Under the pieces are notes generated by a model. The model was not told where the DNA came from. It saw only the letters and a list, made by a program, of their open reading frames with translations, and searched no databases. Shown here in pieces: positions 42,596 through 53,160 of a stretch of DNA of 64,000 nucleotides (positions are counted from its first letter, which is position 1; every line of letters begins with the position of its first letter). The translations under genes were made by a program, and so were the position numbers. Origin of the DNA: Candidatus Melainabacteria bacterium 17Bon1m (lineage in GTDB: Bacteria; Cyanobacteriota; Vampirovibrionia; Obscuribacterales; Obscuribacteraceae); contig JAVLKG010000010.1 of assembly GCA_032128875.1 (NCBI GenBank), forward strand, positions 96,001 through 160,000. Reading direction: 5' to 3'.

Positions 42596-43291
42596 CTACT
42601 TCTTCTTTGGAGGCTGCTTGGCGCCTGGTTTTGCGCCGCCCTTTGCATCAGCCTTCGGTTGCTTGGCTGCACCTTGCGGTGCATCAGCTTTCTTTTCTTT
42701 CTTAGCTTTCTTAGGAGCTTCTTCTTCGCCTTCAGCTTTTGGTTCTGGCGGCTTCGGAGCTTGCTTCACTTTCGGCGGCTTCGGTGCTTTTTTGCCTGGC
42801 TTTCTTGGTTCGGGTTGAATCACTTCAATAGATCCGCCGGCTGCTTCAATTTTTGCTTGAGCACCTTTGGAGAAGTGATGCGCCTTCACTTTGAGCGACA
42901 CTTTCAATTCGCCGTTGCCGAGAATACGAACGCTGTCGGACACTTTACGCATGAGACCGAGTTCGACAAGAGTTTGCGGTGAAACTTCGGAGCCGGACTT
43001 TGCAGAGTTCAAAGCACCTACGTTTACTTCCACCCAAGTTCTGGTGATAACTTCGTCAAAATTGTGGATCTTAGGCAGTCTACGGAAAAGGGGAGTCTGA
43101 CCGCCTTCAAAGCCAAAGCGCTTGGCTTCGCCCGAACGCTGACCTTGTCCGTTGTGACCGCGGGTAGATGTTTTACCGTGACCCGATGCACGACCACGAC
43201 CGACGCGCTTGCGCAAACGACGCGATCCAGGAGTTGGCTGGATATCGCCCAAATCCTTGATTTCTTCTACAACTTCTTTAGCCTTAGCCAT
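42596..43291 (-). CDS. rplO: 50S ribosomal protein L15 with K/P/A-rich tail
   Basis: RVGRGRASGHGKT, FEGGQTPLFRRLPK. Confidence 0.97.
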   Translation of the reverse strand: MAKAKEVVEEIKDLGDIQPTPGSRRLRKRVGRGRASGHGKTSTRGHNGQGQRSGEAKRFGFEGGQTPLFRRLPKIHNFDEVITRTWVEVNVGALNSAKSGSEVSPQTLVELGLMRKVSDSVRILGNGELKVSLKVKAHHFSKGAQAKIEAAGGSIEVIQPEPRKPGKKAPKPPKVKQAPKPPEPKAEGEEEAPKKAKKEKKADAPQGAAKQPKADAKGGAKPGAKQPPKKK

Positions 43292-43350
43292 ATGTTCTCC
43301 TCAGCCTTGCGCCGCTGTTTTGGACAGGCGACTCGGCAGTGTTTATTGAG

Positions 43351-43626
43351 TTAGTCTTCTTTTTTAGTTGCTGCTTTTTTAGCAGGTGCTTTTGCAGCAG
43401 GCTTCGCTGCCGGCTTTTTCGCCTTTGCAGCTTTCGAAGTGGTTTCGCCGCCTTCGACGGTTTCAACCTTGATGAGGTGGCTGACCTTTGTCACCATGCC
43501 GCGAATCGTCGGGCTGTCGGCATGTACGACAGAAGAGCCGTATTTGCCAAGCCCGAGGGCTTGTACAACCTTTTTCTGGGTTTCTTTCTTGCCCACCATT
43601 CCGCGGGTGAGAGTGATCTTTAGCAT
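43351..43626 (-). CDS. rpmD: 50S ribosomal protein L30 with K/A-rich tail
   Basis: LKITLTRG...VQALGL...SPTIRGMVTKVSHLI. Confidence 0.95.
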   Translation of the reverse strand: MLKITLTRGMVGKKETQKKVVQALGLGKYGSSVVHADSPTIRGMVTKVSHLIKVETVEGGETTSKAAKAKKPAAKPAAKAPAKKAATKKED

Positions 43627-43674
43627 TTTTCCTTACCTGAATTGTTCAAATAACTTTGAATGATTGGACGAAAA

Positions 43675-44295
43675 CTAAGCGAGCATTTGCTTGATGGTGA
43701 TACCACGCAAGCGAGCAGCTTCTTCGAAGGTTCTCAGATTCTTCAAACCATCTACGGTGGCACGTGCGACGTTTAGTGGAGCACGCGATCCCAAAGACTT
43801 GGAGAGGATATCGCCGACGCCTGCCAATTCCAGGATGGCGCGAGCGGCACCACCGGCGATGACGCCTGTACCTTTAGCAGCCGGCTTGAGCATGATGCGG
43901 CTGGAGCCTTGACGTCCCATGATTTGGTGAGGAACGGTGGTTCCGACCAGGGGCACTTTTACGAGGCTCTTCTTCGCATCGACAACGCCCTTTTGAATGG
44001 CGCTGATTACTTCGGAAGCCTTGCCGACGCCAATGCCGACTTGACCTTTACCGTTGCCGACGGCAACGACTGCGCGGAAGCTCAATTTCTTACCGCCCTT
44101 AACTACTTTGGTTACGCGGCGGACTTGAATAATTTTCTCTTCCCATTCGGATTGCTCGCGACGATCTTCCGGAGGCTTGCGCGGGCCGCCTTCGCGACCA
44201 GGACCACCACCACGACGACCACGGCGCTGATTACCGCCACTTTCTTGGTTGGCGTCTTCTGGCGAAGCGTTGACGTTTTTGTCTTCTCTATCCAT
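43675..44295 (-). CDS. rpsE: 30S ribosomal protein S5
   Basis: [24 protein letters not shown]. Confidence 0.98.
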   Translation of the reverse strand: MDREDKNVNASPEDANQESGGNQRRGRRGGGPGREGGPRKPPEDRREQSEWEEKIIQVRRVTKVVKGGKKLSFRAVVAVGNGKGQVGIGVGKASEVISAIQKGVVDAKKSLVKVPLVGTTVPHQIMGRQGSSRIMLKPAAKGTGVIAGGAARAILELAGVGDILSKSLGSRAPLNVARATVDGLKNLRTFEEAARLRGITIKQMLA

Positions 44296-44341
44296 TTGAG
44301 AGTTCTTCCTCTTCCTTAATTAGATGGTGATTCGTAAGTGA

Positions 44342-44704
44342 TTAGAAGTCTAGACCTGCTTCACGGGCAGCATCAGCTACTGCAGCGACACGTCCGTGAT
44401 AGATGTATCCACCTCTGTCGAAAACGACAGCGTTGATGCCTTTAGCTTTCGCTTTGTCAGCCACCAATTTGCCGACCGAACGGGCCGACTCGGTGTCCCA
44501 GCTCTTCTTGCCTTTCATTTCCGGATCCAGTGTGGATGCAGATACGAGAGTTTTTTGAGAGGCGTCATCAACGATTTGAGCGTAGATGTGTTTGTTGGAT
44601 CTGTAGACGCACAGTCTGGGACGTTCGGTCGTGCCAGTAAGGCGACGGCGAATGCGCATGTGGCGCCTTGCCCTCAATTCTTTTCTATCTGGTTTCTGAA
44701 TCAT
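44342..44704 (-). CDS. rplR: 50S ribosomal protein L18
   Basis: [28 protein letters not shown]. Confidence 0.98.
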   Translation of the reverse strand: MIQKPDRKELRARRHMRIRRRLTGTTERPRLCVYRSNKHIYAQIVDDASQKTLVSASTLDPEMKGKKSWDTESARSVGKLVADKAKAKGINAVVFDRGGYIYHGRVAAVADAAREAGLDF

Positions 44705-44783
44705 TGCCTTATCTCTCCGAATTTCTCATGCCGATTTCTTTGTCACCGGCGGTAGTGCTTCTATCGTTATCAGTTTAAAAACG

Positions 44784-45329
44784 TTATTTCTTCTTACCAG
44801 CTGCTTTACCGGCTTTACGTCTGATGACTTCGCCTTTGTAGCGGACGCCCTTGCCTTTGTAGACTTCGGGTGGTCTCGTCTCACGTATTGCAGATGCAAG
44901 ATCGCCGACTGCTTGCTTGTCGATACCGGTAACTGTGATGACGTTACCCTTGCCGACTGCAATTGCCAGTCCTTTGGGCGGCTCGATTTCAATTGGGTGC
45001 GAATAGCCCAGAGCCATAACCAGCTTGGTGCCTTCCATTTGAGCACGGTAGCCGACACCGGTCATTTCGAGAGTCTTCTCAAAGCCATCCGAAACGCCTT
45101 TGACCATGTTGGCGACAAGCGTCCGGCTCAGACCATGCAGAGAGCGGGAGAGTCTGTCGTCATTTTTCTTGGTGAGAACGAGTTTGTCCTCTTCCATTTT
45201 GATCTCAATCTCCGGGCGAATGGTGCGCGTGAGCTCACCTTTCGGTCCTTTGACTTTGACATCGTTGCCCTTCAGGTCTACGGTCACACCTTTGGGTACG
45301 GTGATTGGTGCTTTGCCAATACGAGACAT
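44784..45329 (-). CDS. rplF: 50S ribosomal protein L6
   Basis: MSRIGK...PEVYKGKG. Confidence 0.98.
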   Translation of the reverse strand: MSRIGKAPITVPKGVTVDLKGNDVKVKGPKGELTRTIRPEIEIKMEEDKLVLTKKNDDRLSRSLHGLSRTLVANMVKGVSDGFEKTLEMTGVGYRAQMEGTKLVMALGYSHPIEIEPPKGLAIAVGKGNVITVTGIDKQAVGDLASAIRETRPPEVYKGKGVRYKGEVIRRKAGKAAGKKK

Positions 45330-45369
45330 CTTTCTTCCCCTGAATTCTTATGCGTTATCCCTAGTTGAA

Positions 45370-45771
45370 TTACCAAACGTAGGCGACAACTTCTCCACCT
45401 GCATTGCTCTTGCGTGCTTGCCTGTCGGTCATGAGACCGGACGAGGTACTGACGATTGCCAGACCGAGTCCACCATAAACGCGCGGCAGTTTTTTAGCTG
45501 CGCGATACACTCTCAAACCAGGCTTCGAGACACGCGAGATGCCCTGTATAACCTGTTCTCCCTTAGGACCGTACTTAAGTACGATGCGCATTTTTTGCTC
45601 GGGAGAGCCGAGACCTTTGGTCTCGAATGAAGAGATGAACCCTTCATTGCGCAGAAGTTCGGCAAGCGCCACTTTCTGCTTGGAAGCAGGCATTTCTACC
45701 GCTTGTGAATGCACGCGCGAAGCATTTCTGATGCGCGTGAACATATCTGAAATCGGATCTGTAACCGGCAT
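45370..45771 (-). CDS. rpsH: 30S ribosomal protein S8
   Basis: DPISDMFTRIRNA, SKPGLRVY. Confidence 0.98.
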   Translation of the reverse strand: MPVTDPISDMFTRIRNASRVHSQAVEMPASKQKVALAELLRNEGFISSFETKGLGSPEQKMRIVLKYGPKGEQVIQGISRVSKPGLRVYRAAKKLPRVYGGLGLAIVSTSSGLMTDRQARKSNAGGEVVAYVW

Positions 45772-45781
45772 TTATACTCTC

Positions 45782-45988
45782 CTACCAGCTCGACTTAGTG
45801 AGACCAGGAATGACTCCTTCATGAGCCATCTTGCGAAGACAGCAACGGCACAAGCCGAAGTCGCGATAGTAGCCTCTGGGACGGCCGCAGATTTTGCAGC
45901 GGTTGTGGAGGCGCACCGAAGGATATTTGCCTTTGGCGGCAGCTACCCTGCGTTTGTGCTCTTTATCGATAAGTGAAGTCTTAGCCAC
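45782..45988 (-). CDS. rpsN: 30S ribosomal protein S14, zinc-binding type Z
   Basis: RCKICGRPR...CRCCLR...PGLTKSSW. Confidence 0.97.
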   Translation of the reverse strand: MAKTSLIDKEHKRRVAAAKGKYPSVRLHNRCKICGRPRGYYRDFGLCRCCLRKMAHEGVIPGLTKSSW

Positions 45989-45990
45989 TA

Positions 45991-46536
45991 CTACCTCCTG
46001 AATGGCATTCCTAGTTCGGTAAGCAACGCCAGACCTTCCTGGTCGGTGCGTGCGGTCGTAACGATTGCTACGTCCATGCCACGGATGGCATCAATGTTTT
46101 CATAGTTGATTTCCGGGAAGATCAATTGCTCTTTGATGCCCAAAGAGTAATTTCCTCTGCCGTCAAACGACTTGTTGGACAGACCGCGGAAGTCGCGGAT
46201 ACGGGGCAGCGAAATGTGAATCAGCTTGGCGAGAAAGTCATGCATTCTCTTGCCGCGCAGAGTCACCGAAGTACCGACTGCCATGCCCTTTCTGACTTTG
46301 AAAGTCGCAATCGACTTGCGGGCTCGATTGATGATGGGCTTTTGACCGGTAACGGTAGCCAAATCCTTGACGCCGTTTTCGATCGCCTTGGAGTTGGATG
46401 CTGCTTCGCCAAGACCCATGTTCACAACGATTTTCTCCAGGCGTGGAACCTGCAGTTCGTTCTGATAGTTGAATTGCTTGGTGAGCTTAGGCACTACGTT
46501 TTTTTTGTAGTGTTCCTTTATGTCAATCACAGCCAT
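45991..46536 (-). CDS. rplE: 50S ribosomal protein L5
   Basis: [25 protein letters not shown]. Confidence 0.98.
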   Translation of the reverse strand: MAVIDIKEHYKKNVVPKLTKQFNYQNELQVPRLEKIVVNMGLGEAASNSKAIENGVKDLATVTGQKPIINRARKSIATFKVRKGMAVGTSVTLRGKRMHDFLAKLIHISLPRIRDFRGLSNKSFDGRGNYSLGIKEQLIFPEINYENIDAIRGMDVAIVTTARTDQEGLALLTELGMPFRR

Positions 46537-46643
46537 TGCTCGCTAACCTCTGATTTTGTCTCTATTTGTGGACGTTTCACTGCTTTATGCAGGGCGTCCA
46601 CCCCTTGTTTTTTTTGCGGCGATGCAAGCATCACCTGACACTC

Positions 46644-47105
46644 TTACTCAAGACCTTCGCGTTTTCTGAATTCAGCACGCACCGGTTTTTTCGATTGCGC
46701 TGAATACAGCATCACTTTGGAGGCGAAAATGGGGGCTTCTTTTCTGACCAGGGTCGACTTGCCGGCACCCATTTTTGGTTTGATTACGGTCGACAGCATA
46801 TTGACGCCTTCGACCAGAATTTTGCCTTGCTCAGGAAAAACGGCCATAACTTTGCCGGTCGTTCCTTTATAAGCATTGCGCTCGTCCAAACGCTTGGTGA
46901 CTTGAGAGTCGCGCTTGGGGTCTTTCTTCTTCGGTCCCGACATCAGCATGACCATGTCGCCGCGCTTCACGTGGATTTTCGGCGTCAGGTTGGTAGCCTT
47001 CGGTTTAACAAGAGCGCGAGACAAGACGGTGGTGCCGCCCATCTTCACTTTCTTGGAAACGGGACTGTTGGAATAACGTACTGAACTTCTCGATTGGCCT
47101 GCCAT
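46644..47105 (-). CDS. rplX: 50S ribosomal protein L24 (extended)
   Basis: HVKRGDMV...GKV...VEGVN...EAPIFASKVM; lies between rplN and rplE. Confidence 0.93.
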   Translation of the reverse strand: MAGQSRSSVRYSNSPVSKKVKMGGTTVLSRALVKPKATNLTPKIHVKRGDMVMLMSGPKKKDPKRDSQVTKRLDERNAYKGTTGKVMAVFPEQGKILVEGVNMLSTVIKPKMGAGKSTLVRKEAPIFASKVMLYSAQSKKPVRAEFRKREGLE

Positions 47106-47106
47106 C

Positions 47107-47475
47107 TCACATTACCTCGGGTGCCAGAGAGATTATCTTGGTGAATGCCTTGTCCCGAAGTTCGCGAGCAATCGGTCCGAAAACGCGCGTTCCTTTTGGG
47201 TTGCCATCTTTGTTGATGATGACGGCGGCATTGTCGTCAAAACGAATCGTGGAGCCATCTGCACGCTTAACGTGGTTGCGGACTCTGACCACAACAGCTC
47301 TTACTACTTCCGATTTTTTGACCGGCATATTGGGGAGAGCATCTTTGACGGTAGCGACGATAACGTCACCAACCGAAGCGTAACGGCGGTTGCCTCCGCC
47401 CAGAACGCGAATGCAGAGAAGCTCGCGGGCGCCGGTGTTGTCGGCGCAATTCAAACGTGTTTCTTGCTGAATCAT
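47107..47475 (-). CDS. rplN: 50S ribosomal protein L14
   Basis: ADNTGA, FDDNAAV, SLAPEV. Confidence 0.98.
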   Translation of the reverse strand: MIQQETRLNCADNTGARELLCIRVLGGGNRRYASVGDVIVATVKDALPNMPVKKSEVVRAVVVRVRNHVKRADGSTIRFDDNAAVIINKDGNPKGTRVFGPIARELRDKAFTKIISLAPEVM

Positions 47476-47480
47476 TTGAC

Positions 47481-47753
47481 TTAGACCTCACTTCCCTTAG
47501 GCAGTGCGGAAATTGCTTTTTCAGTGATTTCCACTACCAGCCAGCGCTTTTCTCTGGACAACGGGCGGCATTCTTGAATGCGCACCTTGTCGCCGATGCC
47601 GCACTTGTTCTCGGCATCATGTGCTTTGAACTTGTGGGTTCTGGCAATTTGCTTTTCGTATTTTGGATGCGGAAAACGATTTTCAACAGCGACGACAACG
47701 GTCTTGTCCATCTTGTTGGAAACGACTTTTCCTACCAGTTCCTTTCTCGGCAT
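47481..47753 (-). CDS. rpsQ: 30S ribosomal protein S17
   Basis: [23 protein letters not shown]. Confidence 0.98.
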   Translation of the reverse strand: MPRKELVGKVVSNKMDKTVVVAVENRFPHPKYEKQIARTHKFKAHDAENKCGIGDKVRIQECRPLSREKRWLVVEITEKAISALPKGSEV

Positions 47754-47827
47754 TTTAATTGCGCTCCGTCCCTATCTAGACTTTCTATTTGCCGGCGCTT
47801 CGCGCCGATTCTCGCCAAACCAGCTGC

Positions 47828-48034
47828 CTAAGCAGTTTTTCCGGTTTCTTTTTCTGATTCGATTGTGAGCAAACGAGCAAGTTTTTTGCGCGCTGTTCTC
47901 AATTTTGCTGGGCTCTCCAGCTTTCTAATCGCCAACTGAAAGCGCAATTCGACAATCTCTTTGCGAGCTTCGACGATATGCGTTTTGATATCTTCGGCGG
48001 AAAGTTCTCTGATTTCTTTGGTTCTCATGGCCAA
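47828..48034 (-). CDS. rpmC: 50S ribosomal protein L29
   Basis: EIRELS...LRFQ...ARLLT; synteny. Confidence 0.95.
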   Translation of the reverse strand: MAMRTKEIRELSAEDIKTHIVEARKEIVELRFQLAIRKLESPAKLRTARKKLARLLTIESEKETGKTA

Positions 48035-48061
48035 TTCCTTTTTTAGTGCGGCTTCGCCGTA

Positions 48062-48472
48062 CTACGGATGTCTTGAAACTACACGGCACTTGATGGGCAA
48101 TTTTTGTGCTGCCAGCTCGAGTGCATGGTGAGCGTCTTTCTCGGCAACGCCGGACATCTCAAACATGATGCGACCTGGTTTGGTCACTGCTACCCAGAAT
48201 TCCGGTGCGCCTTTACCGGATCCCATACGGGTTTCGGCCGGCTTCTTCGATACTGATTTATCCGGGAAAATTCTGATCCACATTTGACCGCCCCGCTTAA
48301 CGGATCTGGTCATTGCTTTTCTGGCCGCTTCAATCTGTCTGGAGGTGATCCAGGCGGGTTCAAGAGCTTGCAGCCCGTATTCGCCGAATTGAACTTCGAC
48401 TCCGCGAGTTTCACAACCGGTCATCCGGCCTCTGTGATGCTTTCTATATTTTGTTCTTTTTGGCAACAGCAT
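48062..48472 (-). CDS. rplP: 50S ribosomal protein L16
   Basis: [15 protein letters not shown]. Confidence 0.98.
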   Translation of the reverse strand: MLLPKRTKYRKHHRGRMTGCETRGVEVQFGEYGLQALEPAWITSRQIEAARKAMTRSVKRGGQMWIRIFPDKSVSKKPAETRMGSGKGAPEFWVAVTKPGRIMFEMSGVAEKDAHHALELAAQKLPIKCRVVSRHP

Positions 48473-48477
48473 GATGA

Positions 48478-49224
48478 CTAACCTGCCTTCCTTGGTCTAC
48501 GACCGCCTCTTTGACCTGGTCTTTCACCAGGTTGCTCTCCTTGCTTACGATCACTGGAGGTCTTGATGTTGGGCGGAGACCATGTGCCTCTTTCCAATTC
48601 ACCTCTGAAAATCCAAACCTTGATGCCGATGATACCCATAACGGTATGGGCTTCAGCCAAGCCGTAATCGATGTCGGCTCTCAGTGTCTGCAGCGGAATA
48701 CGTCCTTCTTTGGACCATTCCGTACGGGCGATTTCAGCACCACCCAAGCGGCCTGCCACCATGATTTTGACGCCGATAGCACCGGCGCGCATGCAACGCT
48801 GGATGGCTTGCTTCATCGCTCTTCTGAAAGCAACGCGCTTTTCCAATTGTTGTCCGATTGATTCGGCAACCAATTGCGATTCGAGATCGACGCGGTTCAC
48901 TTCCAAGATATTGATTTTGATATTGAGACCTTGACGGTTCAGGAGACCTTTCACCTTTTGGTGAAGAGTTTCGATGCCTTGACCGCCCTTGCCGACAACA
49001 ACGCCGGGACGTGCAGTGTAGATATCGAGCTCGATGTGATCTGCCTTTCTGGAAATCTCAACTTTGGAAACGCCGGCATTCGTCAGCTCTTTTTTCAAGT
49101 AAGCGCGAATGCGGTGATCTTCCTCGATCAAGAACGGCACATCTTTCTTGGTGACGAACCAATTGGCGCGCCAGCCTCTGTGTACGCCGAGGCGGAAACC
49201 GTTAGGATTGACTTTCTGACCCAA
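48478..49224 (-). CDS. rpsC: 30S ribosomal protein S3
   Basis: [28 protein letters not shown]. Confidence 0.98.
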   Translation of the reverse strand: MGQKVNPNGFRLGVHRGWRANWFVTKKDVPFLIEEDHRIRAYLKKELTNAGVSKVEISRKADHIELDIYTARPGVVVGKGGQGIETLHQKVKGLLNRQGLNIKINILEVNRVDLESQLVAESIGQQLEKRVAFRRAMKQAIQRCMRAGAIGVKIMVAGRLGGAEIARTEWSKEGRIPLQTLRADIDYGLAEAHTVMGIIGIKVWIFRGELERGTWSPPNIKTSSDRKQGEQPGERPGQRGGRRPRKAG

Positions 49225-49250
49225 TGTCCTAGCTCCTTTTGATCGAGTTT

Positions 49251-49598
49251 TTAAACATCCGAGAGAACGAGCGTGATATGGCTCGAACGCTTCAGGATTG
49301 GATACCAGCGGCCGCGGGCTCTGGGCTGAATACGCTTCAGAGTCGGACCTTGGTCGGCATAAACTTCTACGATTTTCAAATCACCGGCTTCGTCTTCCGA
49401 AATCGGATTTTTGGCGGCATGCACGCGGTTGTACATGGCCGACTTCAATACCTTCTCTACTTCGCGAGCAGCCGAGTACGGCATGAAGCGCAGCATAGTC
49501 ACGGCATCAGCAGCGGATTTGCCGCGGATTTCATCCACGACACGACGCACCTTCCTCGGTGACATTCTCAACCATTTTGTATGTGCTTTACTCTGCAT
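49251..49598 (-). CDS. rplV: 50S ribosomal protein L22
   Basis: SPRKVR, PRARGR, SHIT. Confidence 0.98.
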   Translation of the reverse strand: MQSKAHTKWLRMSPRKVRRVVDEIRGKSAADAVTMLRFMPYSAAREVEKVLKSAMYNRVHAAKNPISEDEAGDLKIVEVYADQGPTLKRIQPRARGRWYPILKRSSHITLVLSDV

Positions 49599-49624
49599 GG
49601 CTATTTCCTTAGTGCTTTCTTTGA

Positions 49625-49906
49625 TTAACCGCGCTTGGCAGTCTTGTCGCCGCCGGCGTGTCCTTTAAACATTCTGGTGGGTGCGAATTCACCCAGTCTG
49701 TGACCAATCATTTGTTCGGTTACATAAACCGGAACGTGCTTCTTGCCGTTGTAGATGGCGATTGTGTGGCCGATCATTTCGGGAATGATCATGGAAGCGC
49801 GCGACCAGCACTTGATCACTTTCTTCTCGCCTTTCTTGTTCATGTCCTCGATTTTCTTGGCGAGGCTGGCATGAACGAACGGTCCTTTTTTTAGCGAACG
49901 AGACAC
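49625..49906 (-). CDS. rpsS: 30S ribosomal protein S19
   Basis: [20 protein letters not shown]. Confidence 0.98.
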   Translation of the reverse strand: MSRSLKKGPFVHASLAKKIEDMNKKGEKKVIKCWSRASMIIPEMIGHTIAIYNGKKHVPVYVTEQMIGHRLGEFAPTRMFKGHAGGDKTAKRG

Positions 49907-49920
49907 GGATCAAATACCTC

Positions 49921-50748
49921 CTACTTGGTACGACGCTTGACGATATAACGATCGGACGGCTTGTTGCCCCGGCGAGTCTTGTAACCCATTGCCGGTTTGC
50001 CCCAAGGTGTTTGCGGCTTGCCACCGATAGGTGATTTGCCTTCGCCGCCGCCGTGCGGGTGATCGACAGCGTTCATAGCGACACCGCGGTTGGCGGGCTT
50101 GATGCCCATCCAGCGGCTGCGACCGGCTTTACCGATGCGCACGTTCTTGAAGTCGGGGTTGCCCAATTGGCCGATTGTAGCCAGACAATTGAGGCGTACC
50201 ATTCGCATTTCGCCTGATGGCAGGCGCAATGTGCACATTTCGCCTTCTTTAGCGAGAACTTGGATTTGGGTTCCGGCAGAGCGTCCGAGCTGTCCGCCTT
50301 TACCAGCAGTCAACTCTACGTTGTGCACCATGGTACCCAGAGGGATATTGCGGAGCGGAAGAGCATTGCCGTTCTTGATGTCGGAATTTGGTCCGCTCAT
50401 CAATTTGTCGCCGACTTTGATATTCAGTGGTCCCAAGATGTAGCGCTTTTCACCGTCTGCATATTGAACGAGGCAGATACGAGTGTTGCGGTTGGGATCG
50501 TATTCAATGGTTTTGACTACACAAGGAATGTCGAACTTATCGCGCTTGAAGTCGATGATGCGATAAGCCTGTTTGTGACCGCCGCCTTTGTGGCGCGAGG
50601 TCAAACGTCCTTGGTTGTTGCGGCCGCCGGTCTTCTTGAGCGGAGCCAAAAGCGAGCGCTCCGGCTTCTTCTCTGTAATATCAGAGAAGTCGTGCACCGA
50701 CATATTGCGGCGACCTGCGGAGGTTGGGTTGACTTTACGGGGAGGCAT
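49921..50748 (-). CDS. rplB: 50S ribosomal protein L2
   Basis: [26 protein letters not shown]. Confidence 0.98.
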   Translation of the reverse strand: MPPRKVNPTSAGRRNMSVHDFSDITEKKPERSLLAPLKKTGGRNNQGRLTSRHKGGGHKQAYRIIDFKRDKFDIPCVVKTIEYDPNRNTRICLVQYADGEKRYILGPLNIKVGDKLMSGPNSDIKNGNALPLRNIPLGTMVHNVELTAGKGGQLGRSAGTQIQVLAKEGEMCTLRLPSGEMRMVRLNCLATIGQLGNPDFKNVRIGKAGRSRWMGIKPANRGVAMNAVDHPHGGGEGKSPIGGKPQTPWGKPAMGYKTRRGNKPSDRYIVKRRTK

Positions 50749-50821
50749 TACTCTTGTCCTTTTTGTTCTGTCGATCTATTCCGGTTCAGAATCATTTACT
50801 GAACGACTCTTCGAGTCATTC

Positions 50822-50871
50822 GGTCGACGCATGGCATCGACCCTATATTCGACGACTGGCGTCGAGCCTAC
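50822..50871 (-). repeat. Two REP copies in the rplW-rplB spacer
   Basis: GGTCGACGCATGGCATCGACCCTAT and TCGACGACTGGCGTCGAGCCTAC. Confidence 0.72.
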
Positions 50872-50879
50872 AGCACTTA

Positions 50880-51188
50880 CTATTCAGCAGCGCCGTAGAC
50901 TGGAAGCGGATCACCACCGATGGTGACGATCGCTTTTTTGGAGTCCTTAGGATGGGCTCCATGCCGCTTGCGGCTACGGAAACGTCCACGGATTGCAGAC
51001 GTGTTGACGGCGGTAACCGTCGAGTTGGTTTTATAGACTTCTTTGATCAATTCTTCGATCGCTTGAGCAATCTCGATCTTGTTAGCATCACGAGTCACTT
51101 CAAAAACATACTGGTTGAGCATGTTGTGCTGAGCAGCTTTCTCAGTGAGGATCGGGCGAAGAATGATTTGCGAGTGGCGAGTGTTCAT
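50880..51188 (-). CDS. rplW: 50S ribosomal protein L23
   Basis: PILTEKA, YVFEV...ANKIEI, KKAIVT. Confidence 0.96.
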   Translation of the reverse strand: MNTRHSQIILRPILTEKAAQHNMLNQYVFEVTRDANKIEIAQAIEELIKEVYKTNSTVTAVNTSAIRGRFRSRKRHGAHPKDSKKAIVTIGGDPLPVYGAAE

Positions 51189-51221
51189 TTCTTTTACTCT
51201 TCAGATTCAAATGGTTTCTAA

Positions 51222-52031
51222 CTAGGACTCAGACTTCTTGGTGGTTTTCTTGGCCTTTGGAGCTTCGTCCTTGGCTTCTTTCGCTTTGGCTTCCTTAGCC
51301 GGCTTTTCAGCTTTGGCTTTTTTCTCACCAGCACTCTTTTTGGTTTCCGACTTGGCTGCTTTCGGCTTAGCTGGTGTTTGAGCTTCGCCTTTAGCTCCCT
51401 TTTGGAAACGCTTGTTGATGGTGTCCAAGCCCTTCTCGGAGAGCAGAACTACTTCCGCTTCGATCAAGTCTTTGACGTTCAAGTTACCGACATGAACGAC
51501 CTTCACCCACTCCATGTTGCGAGCAGAGCGCTCGACCAGGAGAGAATGCTCGTTCGAATATTCCATGATGAGGAGAACTTTCTTGTCGACCAACTTCGTT
51601 GATTTCAAAACTTGGGCGAACTCTTTGGTCTTCCCTTCTTTGATCGAATCGAAATTGTCGACGACAACGAGGTTGCCACTTCTTGCAGAGAGTGCGGACT
51701 TGACGGCAAGAACGCGCATCTTCTTGTTCAATTTCTTGGAATAGTCGCGCGGCTTAGGACCGAATGCGACACCACCACCTTCCCACAACGGCGAACGGAT
51801 GGAGCCGGCGCGAGCGCGACCGGTACCTTTTTGACGCCACGGTTTTTTACCGCCGCCGGATACTTCAGAGCGAGTCTTTGTATTGGCGGAGCCGGCGCGC
51901 GCATTGGCGAGCTGGCGAACGAGCGCCGTGTGCATCAAGCCCTTGTTGGGCGTCAAACCAAAGACGTCTTTGTCCAACTCTATTTCGCGGACTTTATTGC
52001 CTTTGTGATCTATGACTTGAGCGGATGTCAT
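51222..52031 (-). CDS. rplD: 50S ribosomal protein L4 with K/A/E-rich tail
   Basis: TKTRSEVSGGGKKPWRQKGTGRARAGS. Confidence 0.98.
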   Translation of the reverse strand: MTSAQVIDHKGNKVREIELDKDVFGLTPNKGLMHTALVRQLANARAGSANTKTRSEVSGGGKKPWRQKGTGRARAGSIRSPLWEGGGVAFGPKPRDYSKKLNKKMRVLAVKSALSARSGNLVVVDNFDSIKEGKTKEFAQVLKSTKLVDKKVLLIMEYSNEHSLLVERSARNMEWVKVVHVGNLNVKDLIEAEVVLLSEKGLDTINKRFQKGAKGEAQTPAKPKAAKSETKKSAGEKKAKAEKPAKEAKAKEAKDEAPKAKKTTKKSES

Positions 52032-52077
52032 TTTTCGTTCTCTCTTATGTCGAATCTATGGATATCGTTGTTAGCTA

Positions 52078-52725
52078 CTAGTTCCACTTCGTTTGCGATG
52101 CGGTGATCTCGAGAAGACCGCCTTCGGCACCGGGAACAGCGCCTTTTACCAGCAAAATAGATTTGTCGGCGTCAACTTTCACAACAGTGAGTTTGCGAAC
52201 GGTGACGGTGATATTGCCCATTTGTCCAGGCATCGAAAGACCGCGGAAAACGCGACCCGGCGTGGTTCCTGCGCCGATGGAACCCATCGAGCGGTGGAAC
52301 TTGGAGCCGTGGCTCATTGGTCCGCGACCATGGTTGAATTTTTTGATGGTGCCCTGGAAACCTTTACCAATAGAGGTTCCACGCACGTCAATCTTCATGC
52401 CTTCCTTAAGGATGTCGGCAACCGGAAGCTTATCGCCTACGTTGTAGCCGGCAGCATCAGACACTCTGAATTCTTTGAGGGGCTTGAGGAAAGGCAAGTT
52501 GTTCTTTTTGAACGCGCCAGCAGCCGGCTTGTTGAGACGGTTTTCGTGTGTTTCGAAACCACCTACTTGCACTGCTGTGTAACCGTTCTTCTCCTTGGTG
52601 CGTGTGGCGGTGACCACATTGGCGCCCAATTTGACGACGGTAACTGGAACCGACAGACCCTTATCGTCGAAAACTTGGGTCATGCCGACTTTTCTGCCCA
52701 TTAAGCCTATTGTTTGTCCGGCCAT
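52078..52725 (-). CDS. rplC: 50S ribosomal protein L3
   Basis: KVGMTQ, GKGFQG, KGAVPG. Confidence 0.98.
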   Translation of the reverse strand: MAGQTIGLMGRKVGMTQVFDDKGLSVPVTVVKLGANVVTATRTKEKNGYTAVQVGGFETHENRLNKPAAGAFKKNNLPFLKPLKEFRVSDAAGYNVGDKLPVADILKEGMKIDVRGTSIGKGFQGTIKKFNHGRGPMSHGSKFHRSMGSIGAGTTPGRVFRGLSMPGQMGNITVTVRKLTVVKVDADKSILLVKGAVPGAEGGLLEITASQTKWN

Positions 52726-52744
52726 TACTTTCTTCCTTTAAGAC

Positions 52745-53095
52745 TTAAAGTTTGACTTCAATATCAACCCCTGCTGGCAGGTCGAGTCTCATCAGAGCAT
52801 CGGCTGTGGTTGGGGTGGGATCGTTAATATCAATGAGCCGCTTGTGAATGCGGATTTCAAAATGCTCGCGTGATTTTTTGTCGACGTGAGGGGAGCGCAA
52901 TACGCAATAAATGCGCTTTCTGGTCGGCAGGGGCACAGGGCCGATGATGGTGGCGCCGGTGCGTTTTGCTGTCTCGACAATCTGATCGGAAGACTTATCG
53001 AGCAGTCTGTGGTCGTAAGATTTCAGGCGAATGCGGATTCTCTGAACCTTGGAGGCTCCGGAAGCGTCTGTCTTTTGTTTTGTGGCACGTGCCAT
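52745..53095 (-). CDS. rpsJ: 30S ribosomal protein S10
   Basis: [30 protein letters not shown]. Confidence 0.98.
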   Translation of the reverse strand: MARATKQKTDASGASKVQRIRIRLKSYDHRLLDKSSDQIVETAKRTGATIIGPVPLPTRKRIYCVLRSPHVDKKSREHFEIRIHKRLIDINDPTPTTADALMRLDLPAGVDIEVKL

Positions 53096-53160
53096 TAGCT
53101 CAATTACCCCTTAGAGTTTGATCTCGTTCAAACAGCCTGTGTGAGGCTCTTACTCTCGCC

